This document shows, piece by piece, positions 1 to 8,164 of a DNA stretch of 64,000 nt. Location of the stretch: the IMG/VR virus record IMGVR_UViG_3300035034_001869, positions 7,929 to 71,928 of that record; one strand, given 5' to 3'. The notes beneath the pieces are model-generated. The model ran no database searches. It was not told where the DNA came from and saw only the letters and a list, made by a program, of their open reading frames with translations. The DNA comes from a virus. The position numbers and the translations under genes were made by a program. How positions within the stretch are numbered: the first letter of the stretch is position 1; each line of letters begins with the position of its first letter.

Positions 1-42
1 TCCAATCGGCCTATCCGAACTCACCCCAAACTTTATTTTTAA

Positions 43-117
43 TGGAACGGCATGAGGTTCACAGATAAAACCCTTTCAGGTATAAATTTCCTCTCCGGAC
101 AATCCGGTGCCGTTCCA
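43..117 (-). ncRNA. Candidate small structured RNA (multi-stem)
   Basis: 10-bp closing stem TGGAACGGCA/TGCCGTTCCA encloses a CCGGA-TTG-TCCGG hairpin, a GAGG/CCTC stem and a CCT-GAAA-GGG tetraloop hairpin. GC-rich in an AT-rich genome. Strand inferred from flanking genes. Confidence 0.4.
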
Positions 118-122
118 AACTG

Positions 123-365
123 TTACCCCATTGATTTAGTTTTAAAATTCATTTGATGAATTGCAAGCAAAAGTGCCAAAATTATTAAACCAATAATTTT
201 AAATGTCCAAACGAAATTCAGCCCAAATTTTTCAATGAAATATGCCATTATCAGATTTGCTTCATACACATACCCAGATCTTAGTCCGATAATTGTGTGC
301 CATGCATCAAGCAGGCTGTATATTGCTATAATAGTAAATAATACCCATGTTATCCATACATCCAT
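123..365 (-). CDS. Small membrane protein (DUF5658-like)
   Basis: Hydrophobic helices with LLDAWHT...EANLIM, resembling the LDxxxT...E(A/L)NP motif; RBS upstream. Confidence 0.6.
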   Translation of the reverse strand: MDVWITWVLFTIIAIYSLLDAWHTIIGLRSGYVYEANLIMAYFIEKFGLNFVWTFKIIGLIILALLLAIHQMNFKTKSMG

Positions 366-383
366 TTTACTTTCTCCTTATTT

Positions 384-680
384 TTATCTAAAGTTCTGCC
401 CCCCAAAAATCGGTCCTGGGTATTTTTTGTTAAATTCATCTACTTGTTCTCGGAGTATCCTTTCTCCAAATCCAGCAGGACAATCCATTACTTCTTTTGC
501 TTCTTTTTCAAAAGTGATATACCCTAATTTCTCAAGAGCAAGAATTACCACTTCAACATCCTCTTCATATTGTGGAAATTCATTGTTTTGGGTTTCTTTA
601 TAAACTTCTTTTAATTGATCAGAATCAATCTGCCAATCACCTTTTTGACCGAATGTATCCGCTTTCTTAAATTTTTTCAT
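384..680 (-). CDS. Hypothetical protein
   Basis: ORF with AGGAGG RBS, co-oriented with neighbours. Confidence 0.65.
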   Translation of the reverse strand: MKKFKKADTFGQKGDWQIDSDQLKEVYKETQNNEFPQYEEDVEVVILALEKLGYITFEKEAKEVMDCPAGFGERILREQVDEFNKKYPGPIFGGQNFR

Positions 681-818
681 TTAGGGCCTCCTTCTGTTTT
701 TTAATACATGCTCAAACGCCCCGGGCACAACCAACACAACCAAGATTGAACATGCTACCTGGTAAATGTGGCCTATGCCCAGGAGGGCACGGCGAAATAA
801 ATATGTTTTGAACGTCAT
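681..818 (-). CDS. Small hydrophobic protein (45 aa, MTFKTYLFRR...)
   Basis: Read manually; GGAG RBS upstream; stop abuts the next start codon. Confidence 0.4.
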   Translation of the reverse strand: MTFKTYLFRRALLGIGHIYQVACSILVVLVVPGAFEHVLKNRRRP

Positions 819-1045
819 CGGCTCCACCCTACCTGCTTACTCACATTCATAACATTCAACTTTAGTATTTTCAGGTATTACAAATTCATTCTTTTTATTT
901 TTCTTTTCTTCCAAAATCATTTTTAAGTTTTTCATATTTTAAACATCCTCTTTTTAAAGTGTCTCAGTAGTCTATTTTATCGTGTTTGCTCTCTTTTGTA
1001 TATCAGTGTATTAAAGTTTATCTAAAAAGCATTGTATAAGAGAAT

Positions 1046-1300
1046 TTAAGCTCTAAAATTTCTCTTTTTACTGTTCTGATATTGTTTAAGTGTTAGTTTA
1101 GCAACATTTTTTATTTCTTCTTTCAATGCCTTGATTAATTCATCTTTGGCAATATCAAATGCTTCTTGTTCAGATGGAAGCCTAAACCGTCCATTTATTT
1201 CTTTTACTCCTCCGAATACGTAACCATCAACTTTGAATGATATATTTGATACTTTGAATCTATCCATTTTATATAAATACCTTTTTAATATTCTTTGCAA
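1046..1300 (-). CDS. Hypothetical protein
   Basis: ORF in the minus-strand gene array; true start probably at MDRFK. Confidence 0.55.
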   Translation of the reverse strand: MQRILKRYLYKMDRFKVSNISFKVDGYVFGGVKEINGRFRLPSEQEAFDIAKDELIKALKEEIKNVAKLTLKQYQNSKKRNFRA

Positions 1301-1649
1301 GAATTTTAATTTCCGGGCTTGATGGTGTCAGTCTAACCCTGACATATTTTATCATTTTAGATGCTTTGAAATATTTATAAGAGCCATCAACATTTGAATC
1401 TTGGTGAATTGATCCATCAAAACAAAACCCAAATCCCACAATCCATCCAACAGTATATCCTATTTTAGGTGAGAATTTATTTGATTTCCATCTGATAGGT
1501 GTTTCTTCAGAATGACCACTTCTGAAAGGATCATTTGTTGGTATTCCATTTACTCTTTTTTTCAGTCCTGTTCTTTGAAGCTCCCCACCAACGAATCTGC
1601 AAAGTTTCCCCATGTAAGGGAGCATCTCATGTTTTTTAGGATGTTTCAT
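1269..1649 (-). CDS. Hypothetical protein
   Basis: ORF with AAGGA RBS. Confidence 0.6.
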   Translation of the reverse strand: MKHPKKHEMLPYMGKLCRFVGGELQRTGLKKRVNGIPTNDPFRSGHSEETPIRWKSNKFSPKIGYTVGWIVGFGFCFDGSIHQDSNVDGSYKYFKASKMIKYVRVRLTPSSPEIKILAKNIKKVFI

Positions 1650-1824
1650 TTGCTGTTTTCCTTTAATATTTTATCATTAAATTAGAAATTTTCACATTTC
1701 TGAACATGTTCTCTTCTTTAATAATCATCTTTGTAACATCTAAATTCTTTGTTTGAGAGTGCTTTAAAAGCTTTTAATAGTAGTGTATCACTTTTTAAAA
1801 CATAGCTCTTAAATCAACACGTAT

Positions 1825-2160
1825 TCAATCTTGTTCTATAGATTCGATTTCTGTTGATTGTAGTTTTTCCATTAAGTTTTTTGTTGATCCAATTCCACTA
1901 CTAATTTTTTTAACATGTTTAGAAAGCTTCATATACCTATCTTCTAATCTTTCTAAAGTGTCTATATCCTCAGAAGCAAGTTCATCCATAATCATATTAG
2001 AAAATAGTTTTTTGAAAAGAAAGTCAAGATGAGGGTAATATTTATGGTTTGTTTCATATTTTTCACCTTTCTTCTTTCCTGTCAAAGATGTTTTTAAATC
2101 GAACATGTAAAATTGCTTATCATCCGCTGATAAATAAGTGTCTTTAAATAAATGTATCAT
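1825..2160 (-). CDS. Hypothetical protein
   Basis: ORF directly downstream of the exonuclease, with RBS. Confidence 0.65.
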   Translation of the reverse strand: MIHLFKDTYLSADDKQFYMFDLKTSLTGKKKGEKYETNHKYYPHLDFLFKKLFSNMIMDELASEDIDTLERLEDRYMKLSKHVKKISSGIGSTKNLMEKLQSTEIESIEQD

Positions 2161-2170
2161 AATTTTTCCT

Positions 2171-3064
2171 TTATTTTAATCTCAAAACTTGTTTCCATGG
2201 ATGTATGTTTTCGATAATTGGCTGAAAATCAAATTCTATACAAAGCTTTATAAAATTACGCAAACTAAGATGATCCGGACGAATTACATAATCAGGAGTG
2301 CCTTTCATAGGCAATATTACCAATGCTTTGTTTCTATTTATTACGTCTTTTCCGGCTCTGCTTTCTATTGCTTTGAAAGCTTTAGTTGTCGGCTTCATTT
2401 TTCCTTTAATATAATTCAATGCGCCTTTCTCAGCAACGTGCATTTGCTTTTTCGTAGGGTCTGGCTGAGGAATTGGAACACCCTTTACATTATCTGAGGA
2501 ACACCCACCAATCGCTTTAACTCTTTTCCACATTTTCGGTTCGATGTTAAATTCTCTATCAAAGTCCGTTAAGGTATAATAATTATTTGTTTTTGGATTC
2601 ATAATGCACACATTGTTTGTAAGCAGTTGATACATATCATGATCAGTGGTGCATATCACTATTTGATCATCTTTATATTTTTTACATACTTGCCCAATTG
2701 AATCATCAGCTTCAAAGCCATCTCTTCCAAATAAATTTCTATACCCCATTGTTGGCAGAACATAGTCAATTATCTTTTCAAATTGTGGTCTGGCTAAATT
2801 GTCTAATTCAATTTGTTTTTCGGTTCTGTTTTGTCCTCGTTTTTCTTTGTACTCAGGGTATAATTTTTTTCTTTTTGAAGATCTGCTATCAAGAGCAAAA
2901 ACAATTTGGTTTGCTTTTGTTTTTTTAAGAAGAAAATTTAGTTTCATAAAAAATCCATAAATTACAAAAGTATGTTTTTCATTTTTAGTAATTCTGTGCT
3001 TACCAATACTAAATTTAACTACGTGCAGAACGGAAAGTAAATCTATGCTGAGTATTCTATTCAT
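2171..3064 (-). CDS. 5'-3' exonuclease / flap endonuclease (PolI N-terminal, T5 D15 / T4 RNase H-like)
   Basis: Motifs FALDS, YPEYKEKR, FEADDSI, TTDHDMYQL and GGCSSDNVKGV. Start moved to MNRILS, downstream of the terminator hairpin. Confidence 0.92.
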   Translation of the reverse strand: MNRILSIDLLSVLHVVKFSIGKHRITKNEKHTFVIYGFFMKLNFLLKKTKANQIVFALDSRSSKRKKLYPEYKEKRGQNRTEKQIELDNLARPQFEKIIDYVLPTMGYRNLFGRDGFEADDSIGQVCKKYKDDQIVICTTDHDMYQLLTNNVCIMNPKTNNYYTLTDFDREFNIEPKMWKRVKAIGGCSSDNVKGVPIPQPDPTKKQMHVAEKGALNYIKGKMKPTTKAFKAIESRAGKDVINRNKALVILPMKGTPDYVIRPDHLSLRNFIKLCIEFDFQPIIENIHPWKQVLRLK

Positions 3065-3076
3065 GTTAATTCCTGT

Positions 3077-3108
3077 AAAAAAGGGGCGTACAAAATCGCA
3101 CACCCCTT
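3077..3108 (-). terminator. Intrinsic terminator
   Basis: AAGGGGTGTGCG...TGTACGCCCCTT hairpin followed by a T-run on the minus strand. Confidence 0.65.
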
Positions 3109-3150
3109 ATTTATTTATATAAAATCAAAAGATATTATCAGGGGTATATA

Positions 3151-3747
3151 TTAATCTTCCCACTCATCATCTTCCCACTCATCATCTCCATCTTCTTCCA
3201 CATCACCGCCCTCTTCTTCACCATCTTCCTCTTCAAAAAGTTCGTCAATAACGGCAGTGCGGAGATCAGCAATTTTCTTGTATTTTTTGGGCTGGACCTT
3301 CAGATCTTCATCTTCAATGAGTTCAATGAGTTCACCACGTTTCATCTTCAGGATTTCTTCTTCCGAAAGTTCCTCTTCCTCTTCTTCAGGCTCTTCCTCT
3401 TCTTCAGGCTCTTCCTCTTCTTCAGACTCTTCGGGAACTTCTTCATCTTCATCTCCATCTTCATCTGGAGCAGAGTTTTCGTCCTCCTCATCTTCGCCCT
3501 GAAGTTGGGAGAACAGTTCATCAAGTTTTACTTCAAGCAGACCATAAAGCTCATCGGCCAGTTCCATAGGATCAGCGCCTTCTCTGACATTCTCAGAAAG
3601 TGATAAGCCAACTTTCTCTTTGGCATAATCAGAGGAAATGCCCACTGATACTGTCAATCTTCTTTCTCTCATGAAGATAGCTTCCACAGTCTTTTTGATT
3701 GAATCTACTTCTGACTTTTTTACATTTGATTTTTTACGAATTGCCAT
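3151..3747 (-). CDS. Highly acidic protein with a short C-terminal helical (HeH/Rho-N-like) module
   Basis: Long D/E tracts with EEEEPE repeats; ILKMKRGELIELI...LRTAVI segment. Confidence 0.7.
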   Translation of the reverse strand: MAIRKKSNVKKSEVDSIKKTVEAIFMRERRLTVSVGISSDYAKEKVGLSLSENVREGADPMELADELYGLLEVKLDELFSQLQGEDEEDENSAPDEDGDEDEEVPEESEEEEEPEEEEEPEEEEEELSEEEILKMKRGELIELIEDEDLKVQPKKYKKIADLRTAVIDELFEEEDGEEEGGDVEEDGDDEWEDDEWED

Positions 3748-3823
3748 TTTTAATTCTCCATTTAAATGTTAATATTTTCTCTTTCTTACAGGTGTATTTA
3801 ATATTTTTTATCTGTTAAATCAA

Positions 3824-4918
3824 TCATTTGGAGTCATATTTCCTTTTCCGTTGTGGCTTCAGTTTGTCAATCACATTATCATATGCTTCTTGGCAAAGAC
3901 TGAATAATTCATTTTCAAGGTCGTTGTCCTCTATATGTTTTACCAATGCAGACAACTTCATCTTTTCTGCAAAACCTTTACTATTTATGGAAGCTTTTGT
4001 TCCTGTCCAATCTCCTTCAGAAACCATAAACGTTATGCATGAGGTTATATTATCAACTCCATAATCAAACAGAATCGGAAAATATGCTTCCCCATGTCTT
4101 CCAGTCAATTTGTTCTTTGTGATCTTAGCTTGAACATTCGTGATAAACGTTCTTTTTCCTTTTTTTTCTTTCTTCTGGCAAGCTAACCATATTTCATGAG
4201 CCGCATAAAATTTCAATGCTTTACCTCCTGATCTAACTTTGGGAGTAAACCTGGCACCGAATCCTATATTGTCTCTTGTTTGTGAAATTACGAGAAGCAA
4301 TGATCCATGTTCGTGTAAGTCTTGGGTTCTTTGTGAAAACATAGCTGAAGCCATTTTTGCTTTCCCGTCCCCGTAACTTCCGGTTGTTTCATTTCCTTTC
4401 TCTCGTTTTTTTCTATTATCTGCATCTTTATCCATTGCCGCTTCAGAAGTTAATGCGTCAAATGAATCGAGAACATAAATAAATGGTCTGTCGCCGTCTA
4501 ATGCTCTGGCAAGATTATCGTTCAAATCTTCTATTGTTCTTGAACGGATATCCAATTCAATTCTATCATGAACTTTTTTGCCAAAAAGATAAGCAATATC
4601 AAATTCATTTGCCACTTCAACATCATCAAAAATAAATCTGAAGTCATCAAATCTTTTTGCCAAACAACACTCAGCAAAAACAGTAAGCGCAAACAGGGTT
4701 TTTCCTGCGTGAGAATCACCGATCAAGTTTATCAATTTACCGAGTTTAAAAGCCCCCTCAATTCTGCCGGAACATTCAAGATTGAATGTGGTTGAACCTG
4801 TGGGAACCAATTCATTCGGGTCAATTTTTGGCGAAGTTTGCTGAATCGGCTCATTTGTTGATTTTTTAAACTGATCGCCTATCTTTTTGATTTTGCTTAT
4901 CTTTTTTATTTTAGACAT
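3824..4918 (-). CDS. recA: RecA/UvsX-like recombinase
   Basis: VPTGS, Walker A GDSHAGKT, Walker B YVLDS, ISQTR and SGGKALKFYA motifs. Confidence 0.93.
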   Translation of the reverse strand: MSKIKKISKIKKIGDQFKKSTNEPIQQTSPKIDPNELVPTGSTTFNLECSGRIEGAFKLGKLINLIGDSHAGKTLFALTVFAECCLAKRFDDFRFIFDDVEVANEFDIAYLFGKKVHDRIELDIRSRTIEDLNDNLARALDGDRPFIYVLDSFDALTSEAAMDKDADNRKKREKGNETTGSYGDGKAKMASAMFSQRTQDLHEHGSLLLVISQTRDNIGFGARFTPKVRSGGKALKFYAAHEIWLACQKKEKKGKRTFITNVQAKITKNKLTGRHGEAYFPILFDYGVDNITSCITFMVSEGDWTGTKASINSKGFAEKMKLSALVKHIEDNDLENELFSLCQEAYDNVIDKLKPQRKRKYDSK

Positions 4919-4921
4919 AAT

Positions 4922-5851
4922 CTACCTTTTTCGAACTCTTTTTCTTTTTTTTGTGGTAGTTTTCCGATCAGCAGGGCGTTTTCTTTTCTTCTTTGGGGCA
5001 TCAAACCCGCTATCATCAATATCCTCATCATCTTTCCAAGGATCATCTTTGTCATCAATTTCACCTGGACCGTCATCGTCAAGAAGTTTCATTTTCTTGA
5101 GAGTTCCCCGAAATTCTTTTTCAATTTCTTCATAGTCAGGGTGCATATTTATCACACTGTCGAGAGGAAAAGTCATGTCAAGGATTCTGTCTGGAATTGG
5201 TTCTTCTCTTTCAATCAATCTATGGCCAATATGATCAGTATTTGTCATGCCTGAGCCTTTCCTTTCCCAAGCAAGAGATTTTCCGGTATCTGGATCTGAG
5301 AATTTTACAAACCCGCCGCCCTTTGGAAGTTTAGCGATTGCTTCAATGTTTGCTTCCATGAAATAATGCGCCGCTTCATGAATCTGAATGCCTTTCTTTT
5401 CTTCTTCTCTGCTATCATGAACCCAGAAAAAATAAACAACCCGGTGTTTTGCAACCAGTTTTTTCCAGTCTTCTTTGTCGAGTTTTGTTGCTTTCATGAA
5501 CTCACAGATTGGGCATGGTTTTCCAAAGTTTTCATAAGGACAAACATATGGTTTCAGCATATCACCAACGTTTGTATGAACAAACAGATCAAGCACATAA
5601 TCCAATCTGCCCTCTTCGGTTACGGGCTGAAGACGTTCATCAAAAGGCATATCTGGACCAGCTTCAAACGGGATGATATCAACAATATGTTCTCCTTCTT
5701 TACAGAACCAAAATTCTACACCTTCCGGAACTTTGTCTTTCAGGAATATTGTTGGAAATCTTCCCCCTCCAGTTGTTTTAGTGCCCGCCTGGTGTCTTCT
5801 TCCGAGACTTTTTGCACCTTTATTTTTCTTCATTCTATCACGAAATCCCAT
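4922..5851 (-). CDS. Single-stranded DNA-binding protein (T4 gp32-like)
   Basis: H...CP...CPICE zinc motif, FSDPDTGKSL, acidic tail; lies between UvsY and RecA. Confidence 0.8.
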   Translation of the reverse strand: MGFRDRMKKNKGAKSLGRRHQAGTKTTGGGRFPTIFLKDKVPEGVEFWFCKEGEHIVDIIPFEAGPDMPFDERLQPVTEEGRLDYVLDLFVHTNVGDMLKPYVCPYENFGKPCPICEFMKATKLDKEDWKKLVAKHRVVYFFWVHDSREEEKKGIQIHEAAHYFMEANIEAIAKLPKGGGFVKFSDPDTGKSLAWERKGSGMTNTDHIGHRLIEREEPIPDRILDMTFPLDSVINMHPDYEEIEKEFRGTLKKMKLLDDDGPGEIDDKDDPWKDDEDIDDSGFDAPKKKRKRPADRKTTTKKRKRVRKR

Positions 5852-5886
5852 TTTCTTTCTCCTTTACCTTAATTTGGGCGATGCCC

Positions 5887-6393
5887 TTAATCGGTATTTT
5901 TTGTTGACTTTCTTTTCCTGTTTTTGTTCAGTGCTTTTTTCTGTGCCAGATATGCTCCTTTCTCTTTTAGGTTATTGACATCTCTTTGTTTATTACGTGG
6001 CTCAGAATAGAATCCGCCAATTTTCAAAGATGTCAGGTTAGATAAAGCCAATTTTCTGTGATCAAATGCAGTTTTAACTCCGAGTAATAGATTGGAATCT
6101 TTTGATGCATCAATATATTTTCGTTCTGCTTGTTTGTATCTTTTTGATGAGGCTATATGCTCTTTTATTGCTGGTTCAGTTGGTTTTGAATCAAAGAACT
6201 TATCCCAATTTTTTTTAATGTCCGAATACATTTTAGCATAAACATAATCACACTGAGCCTTTCTCAAATCTCTGATATGCAATGCATTTGCGTGTTGTTC
6301 TGCATAATATAAAAAATGGGATGCTTGTGTGAGCCATTCATTTTCCAGATCATTTTCATTGATTTTGATATCTTCATTAAAGTCTCTGTCCAT
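5887..6393 (-). CDS. UvsY-like recombination mediator
   Basis: Helical protein with IKINENDL...PTEPAIK...AFDHRK; context next to SSB and RecA. Confidence 0.65.
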   Translation of the reverse strand: MDRDFNEDIKINENDLENEWLTQASHFLYYAEQHANALHIRDLRKAQCDYVYAKMYSDIKKNWDKFFDSKPTEPAIKEHIASSKRYKQAERKYIDASKDSNLLLGVKTAFDHRKLALSNLTSLKIGGFYSEPRNKQRDVNNLKEKGAYLAQKKALNKNRKRKSTKNTD

Positions 6394-7322
6394 TATTCAC
6401 CTCCAAAAATAGCTTCGTAACAGGCCATTGTTAATCCAGCTCTCCCACTATCAAAGAAGTTTTTTGTGAATGGTTGCATAGTGAAAAATACATCGTCTCC
6501 GCCATTGTTAAGCAGTATTGAATTAAAATAACCGAGAATAGGTCTCCTGGCTGATTCGCCATCGCCTTTATAATTTTTTAGAAGTGTTTTTACTTTTGCC
6601 CATTTTGTTTTTGTTGGCATATTGTAGGCAGTAAGTGTTCGGCAAATCTCAATAACTTCTGATTCTCCAGTTCCTGCTGAGGATAATGTACTCAAAGATC
6701 TTTCAGCATCATCCATGTCAATTACCATGTCAAGAAGCTTTAATGCTTGTCCGGCAGATCCGTCAGATAGTTCAATAATTTTTTCACGAACCTCTGTAGT
6801 AATACACTCTCTTTTTTCTCTTTTCAGAATCATTTTCATGAGCTTATGAAGATCAGAATCTTTTAAGGATTCTAATTCGTATGCGTGACATCTTCTCTTA
6901 AACGTCTGTTTAAGAGCTTCTGGGTTTGTTGTGCATACAACCCAATGCATGTATGAAGGGGGTTCTTCAAGAGCTTTTAAGAGCGATTCTTGAGCAGGTT
7001 TTGTCAGCATGTGAGCTTCATCAAGAAGGAAAACTTTCTTTTTCCCGTAAGGTGTGAACTTCATGTCAGAAATAAGTTTTCGTATTCCATCAATACCCCT
7101 ATCATCTGCCGCATTTAGTTCTTTCCAGTCAGTATCTTGACAGCCTAACGCTGTTTTGACTATTCTTGCAAGAGTCGTTTTGCCAGTTCCGCCTGGACCA
7201 GTAAATAGAAAAGCTTTTGGGGGATCATCTCTCTTTAGGACAACTTTTAGGCTGTCTAAAACATCTCTGTTTCCAACGAACGTTTTAAATGATTTAGGCC
7301 GGTACTCCTGTTGCAAACTCAT
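6393..7322 (-). CDS. dnaX: Clamp loader ATPase (DnaX gamma/tau-like)
   Basis: YRPKSF, GPGGTGKTTLAR, ELNAADDRGID, LDEAHML and LLKALEEPP motifs. Confidence 0.92.
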   Translation of the reverse strand: MSLQQEYRPKSFKTFVGNRDVLDSLKVVLKRDDPPKAFLFTGPGGTGKTTLARIVKTALGCQDTDWKELNAADDRGIDGIRKLISDMKFTPYGKKKVFLLDEAHMLTKPAQESLLKALEEPPSYMHWVVCTTNPEALKQTFKRRCHAYELESLKDSDLHKLMKMILKREKRECITTEVREKIIELSDGSAGQALKLLDMVIDMDDAERSLSTLSSAGTGESEVIEICRTLTAYNMPTKTKWAKVKTLLKNYKGDGESARRPILGYFNSILLNNGGDDVFFTMQPFTKNFFDSGRAGLTMACYEAIFGGE

Positions 7323-7324
7323 AT

Positions 7325-7582
7325 TTATATTTCCTCCTCATGAAAATAGCCCTCACAAGTTAAAGCTTCACTTTGTGGAACAGTGCAAGGAAATTGGAAG
7401 AAATCACACCATTTATTATTCTGATGATCGCATTTATTTGTAGGGGCATTTCTTTTCTCTTGCCAATCAAGAAGAATATTTCCTATAAATCTTGAACGGG
7501 AAATGCCAACTTCGTCTGCTTCTGCTTGCAGATTTTTGACTAATTTATCTGGAATGGTGATGCTGATCGTCTTTGAAATCAT
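7325..7582 (-). CDS. Ribbon-helix-helix (CopG-like) regulator with Cys-rich tail
   Basis: TISITIPDKL...ADEVGISRSRFI pattern. Confidence 0.75.
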   Translation of the reverse strand: MISKTISITIPDKLVKNLQAEADEVGISRSRFIGNILLDWQEKRNAPTNKCDHQNNKWCDFFQFPCTVPQSEALTCEGYFHEEEI

Positions 7583-7630
7583 AATACATTATCCTTTTAT
7601 CACCTATTTAATATTTATTTTATGTATTTC

Positions 7631-7659
7631 ATTATAATCAATAATAAGCATAATGTCAA
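7631..7659 (-). promoter_or_regulatory. Sigma70 promoter (perfect consensus)
   Basis: TTGACA-17 nt-TATAAT upstream of the RHH-clamp loader operon. Confidence 0.85.
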
Positions 7660-7704
7660 TGAAAATAATTAAGATATTAATGATTTATTAATACTAATCT
7701 CATG

Positions 7705-7744
7705 AAACAAAAACGACACCACGGGATAGCCTTCCCGTGATGTC
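7705..7744 (-). terminator. Intrinsic terminator closing the ncRNA/tRNA unit
   Basis: GACATCACGGGA-AGGCTA-TCCCGTGGTGTC followed by GTTTTTGTTT. Confidence 0.8.
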
Positions 7745-7749
7745 TTAGT

Positions 7750-7822
7750 TTTTGATACTCGGAATTGAACCGAGGACAAATCGCTTTATAGGCGATAGCT
7801 CTACCATCTGAGCTATATCAAT
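7750..7822 (-). tRNA. Atypical tRNA / pseudo-tRNA, anticodon ATA (nominally Tyr), no encoded CCA
   Basis: Full cloverleaf: D arm GCTC-AGATGGTA-GAGC, anticodon arm ATCGC-CTATAAA-GCGAT, T arm CTCGG-TTCAATT-CCGAG, 6-bp acceptor stem with an A1:A72 mismatch. Confidence 0.8.
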
Positions 7823-7829
7823 TTGTGCC

Positions 7830-8161
7830 ATCGTTAAGTAAATTTCCGTTAGAATAAAATCTCATGTTAAAGATATCATGTATTACCATTATACGATCCG
7901 GACATATGGTTTTTGTTGGCGTCCGGAGAGAGACTTGAACTCCCATTCTGAAAAATTTTAGGATTTTAAACAATTTACTATTTACCTTTTTGGCTTAAAC
8001 TGTAGGTCAAAAAACTTAATCTCATTGATTTTCTTCCTCAGGAAGAGAACCTTATTACACTAAACTAACACTAAGACTGGACCTAATTTGTATGGCAAGC
8101 GTTCCCCAAGTTCCCAAAATCCCCATGAGTAGAATTTAATTTTAAAGAGAACACCTGCCAA
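7830..8161 (-). ncRNA. Structured ncRNA with a circularly permuted tRNA-like domain (YrlA-like topology)
   Basis: T arm GGGAG-TTCAAGT-CTCTC plus TCCGGAC-G-CCA (7917-7944) precedes GTCCGGA plus D arm GTAT-AATGGTA-ATAC (7880-7903). Upstream there is a 14-bp stem with G-U pairs, a TAGGTC/GACCTA stem and AG-led short repeats. Boundaries are approximate. Confidence 0.7.
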
Positions 8162-8164
8162 GTA

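Noticed and set aside
7830-8161. Two-piece (permuted) tmRNA
   Set aside because: The acceptor is GTCCGGA/TCCGGAC with C3:G70 and G73, not the Ala identity G3:U70/A73. It has a real D stem, and there is no room for a tag ORF and pseudoknots before the next tRNA.
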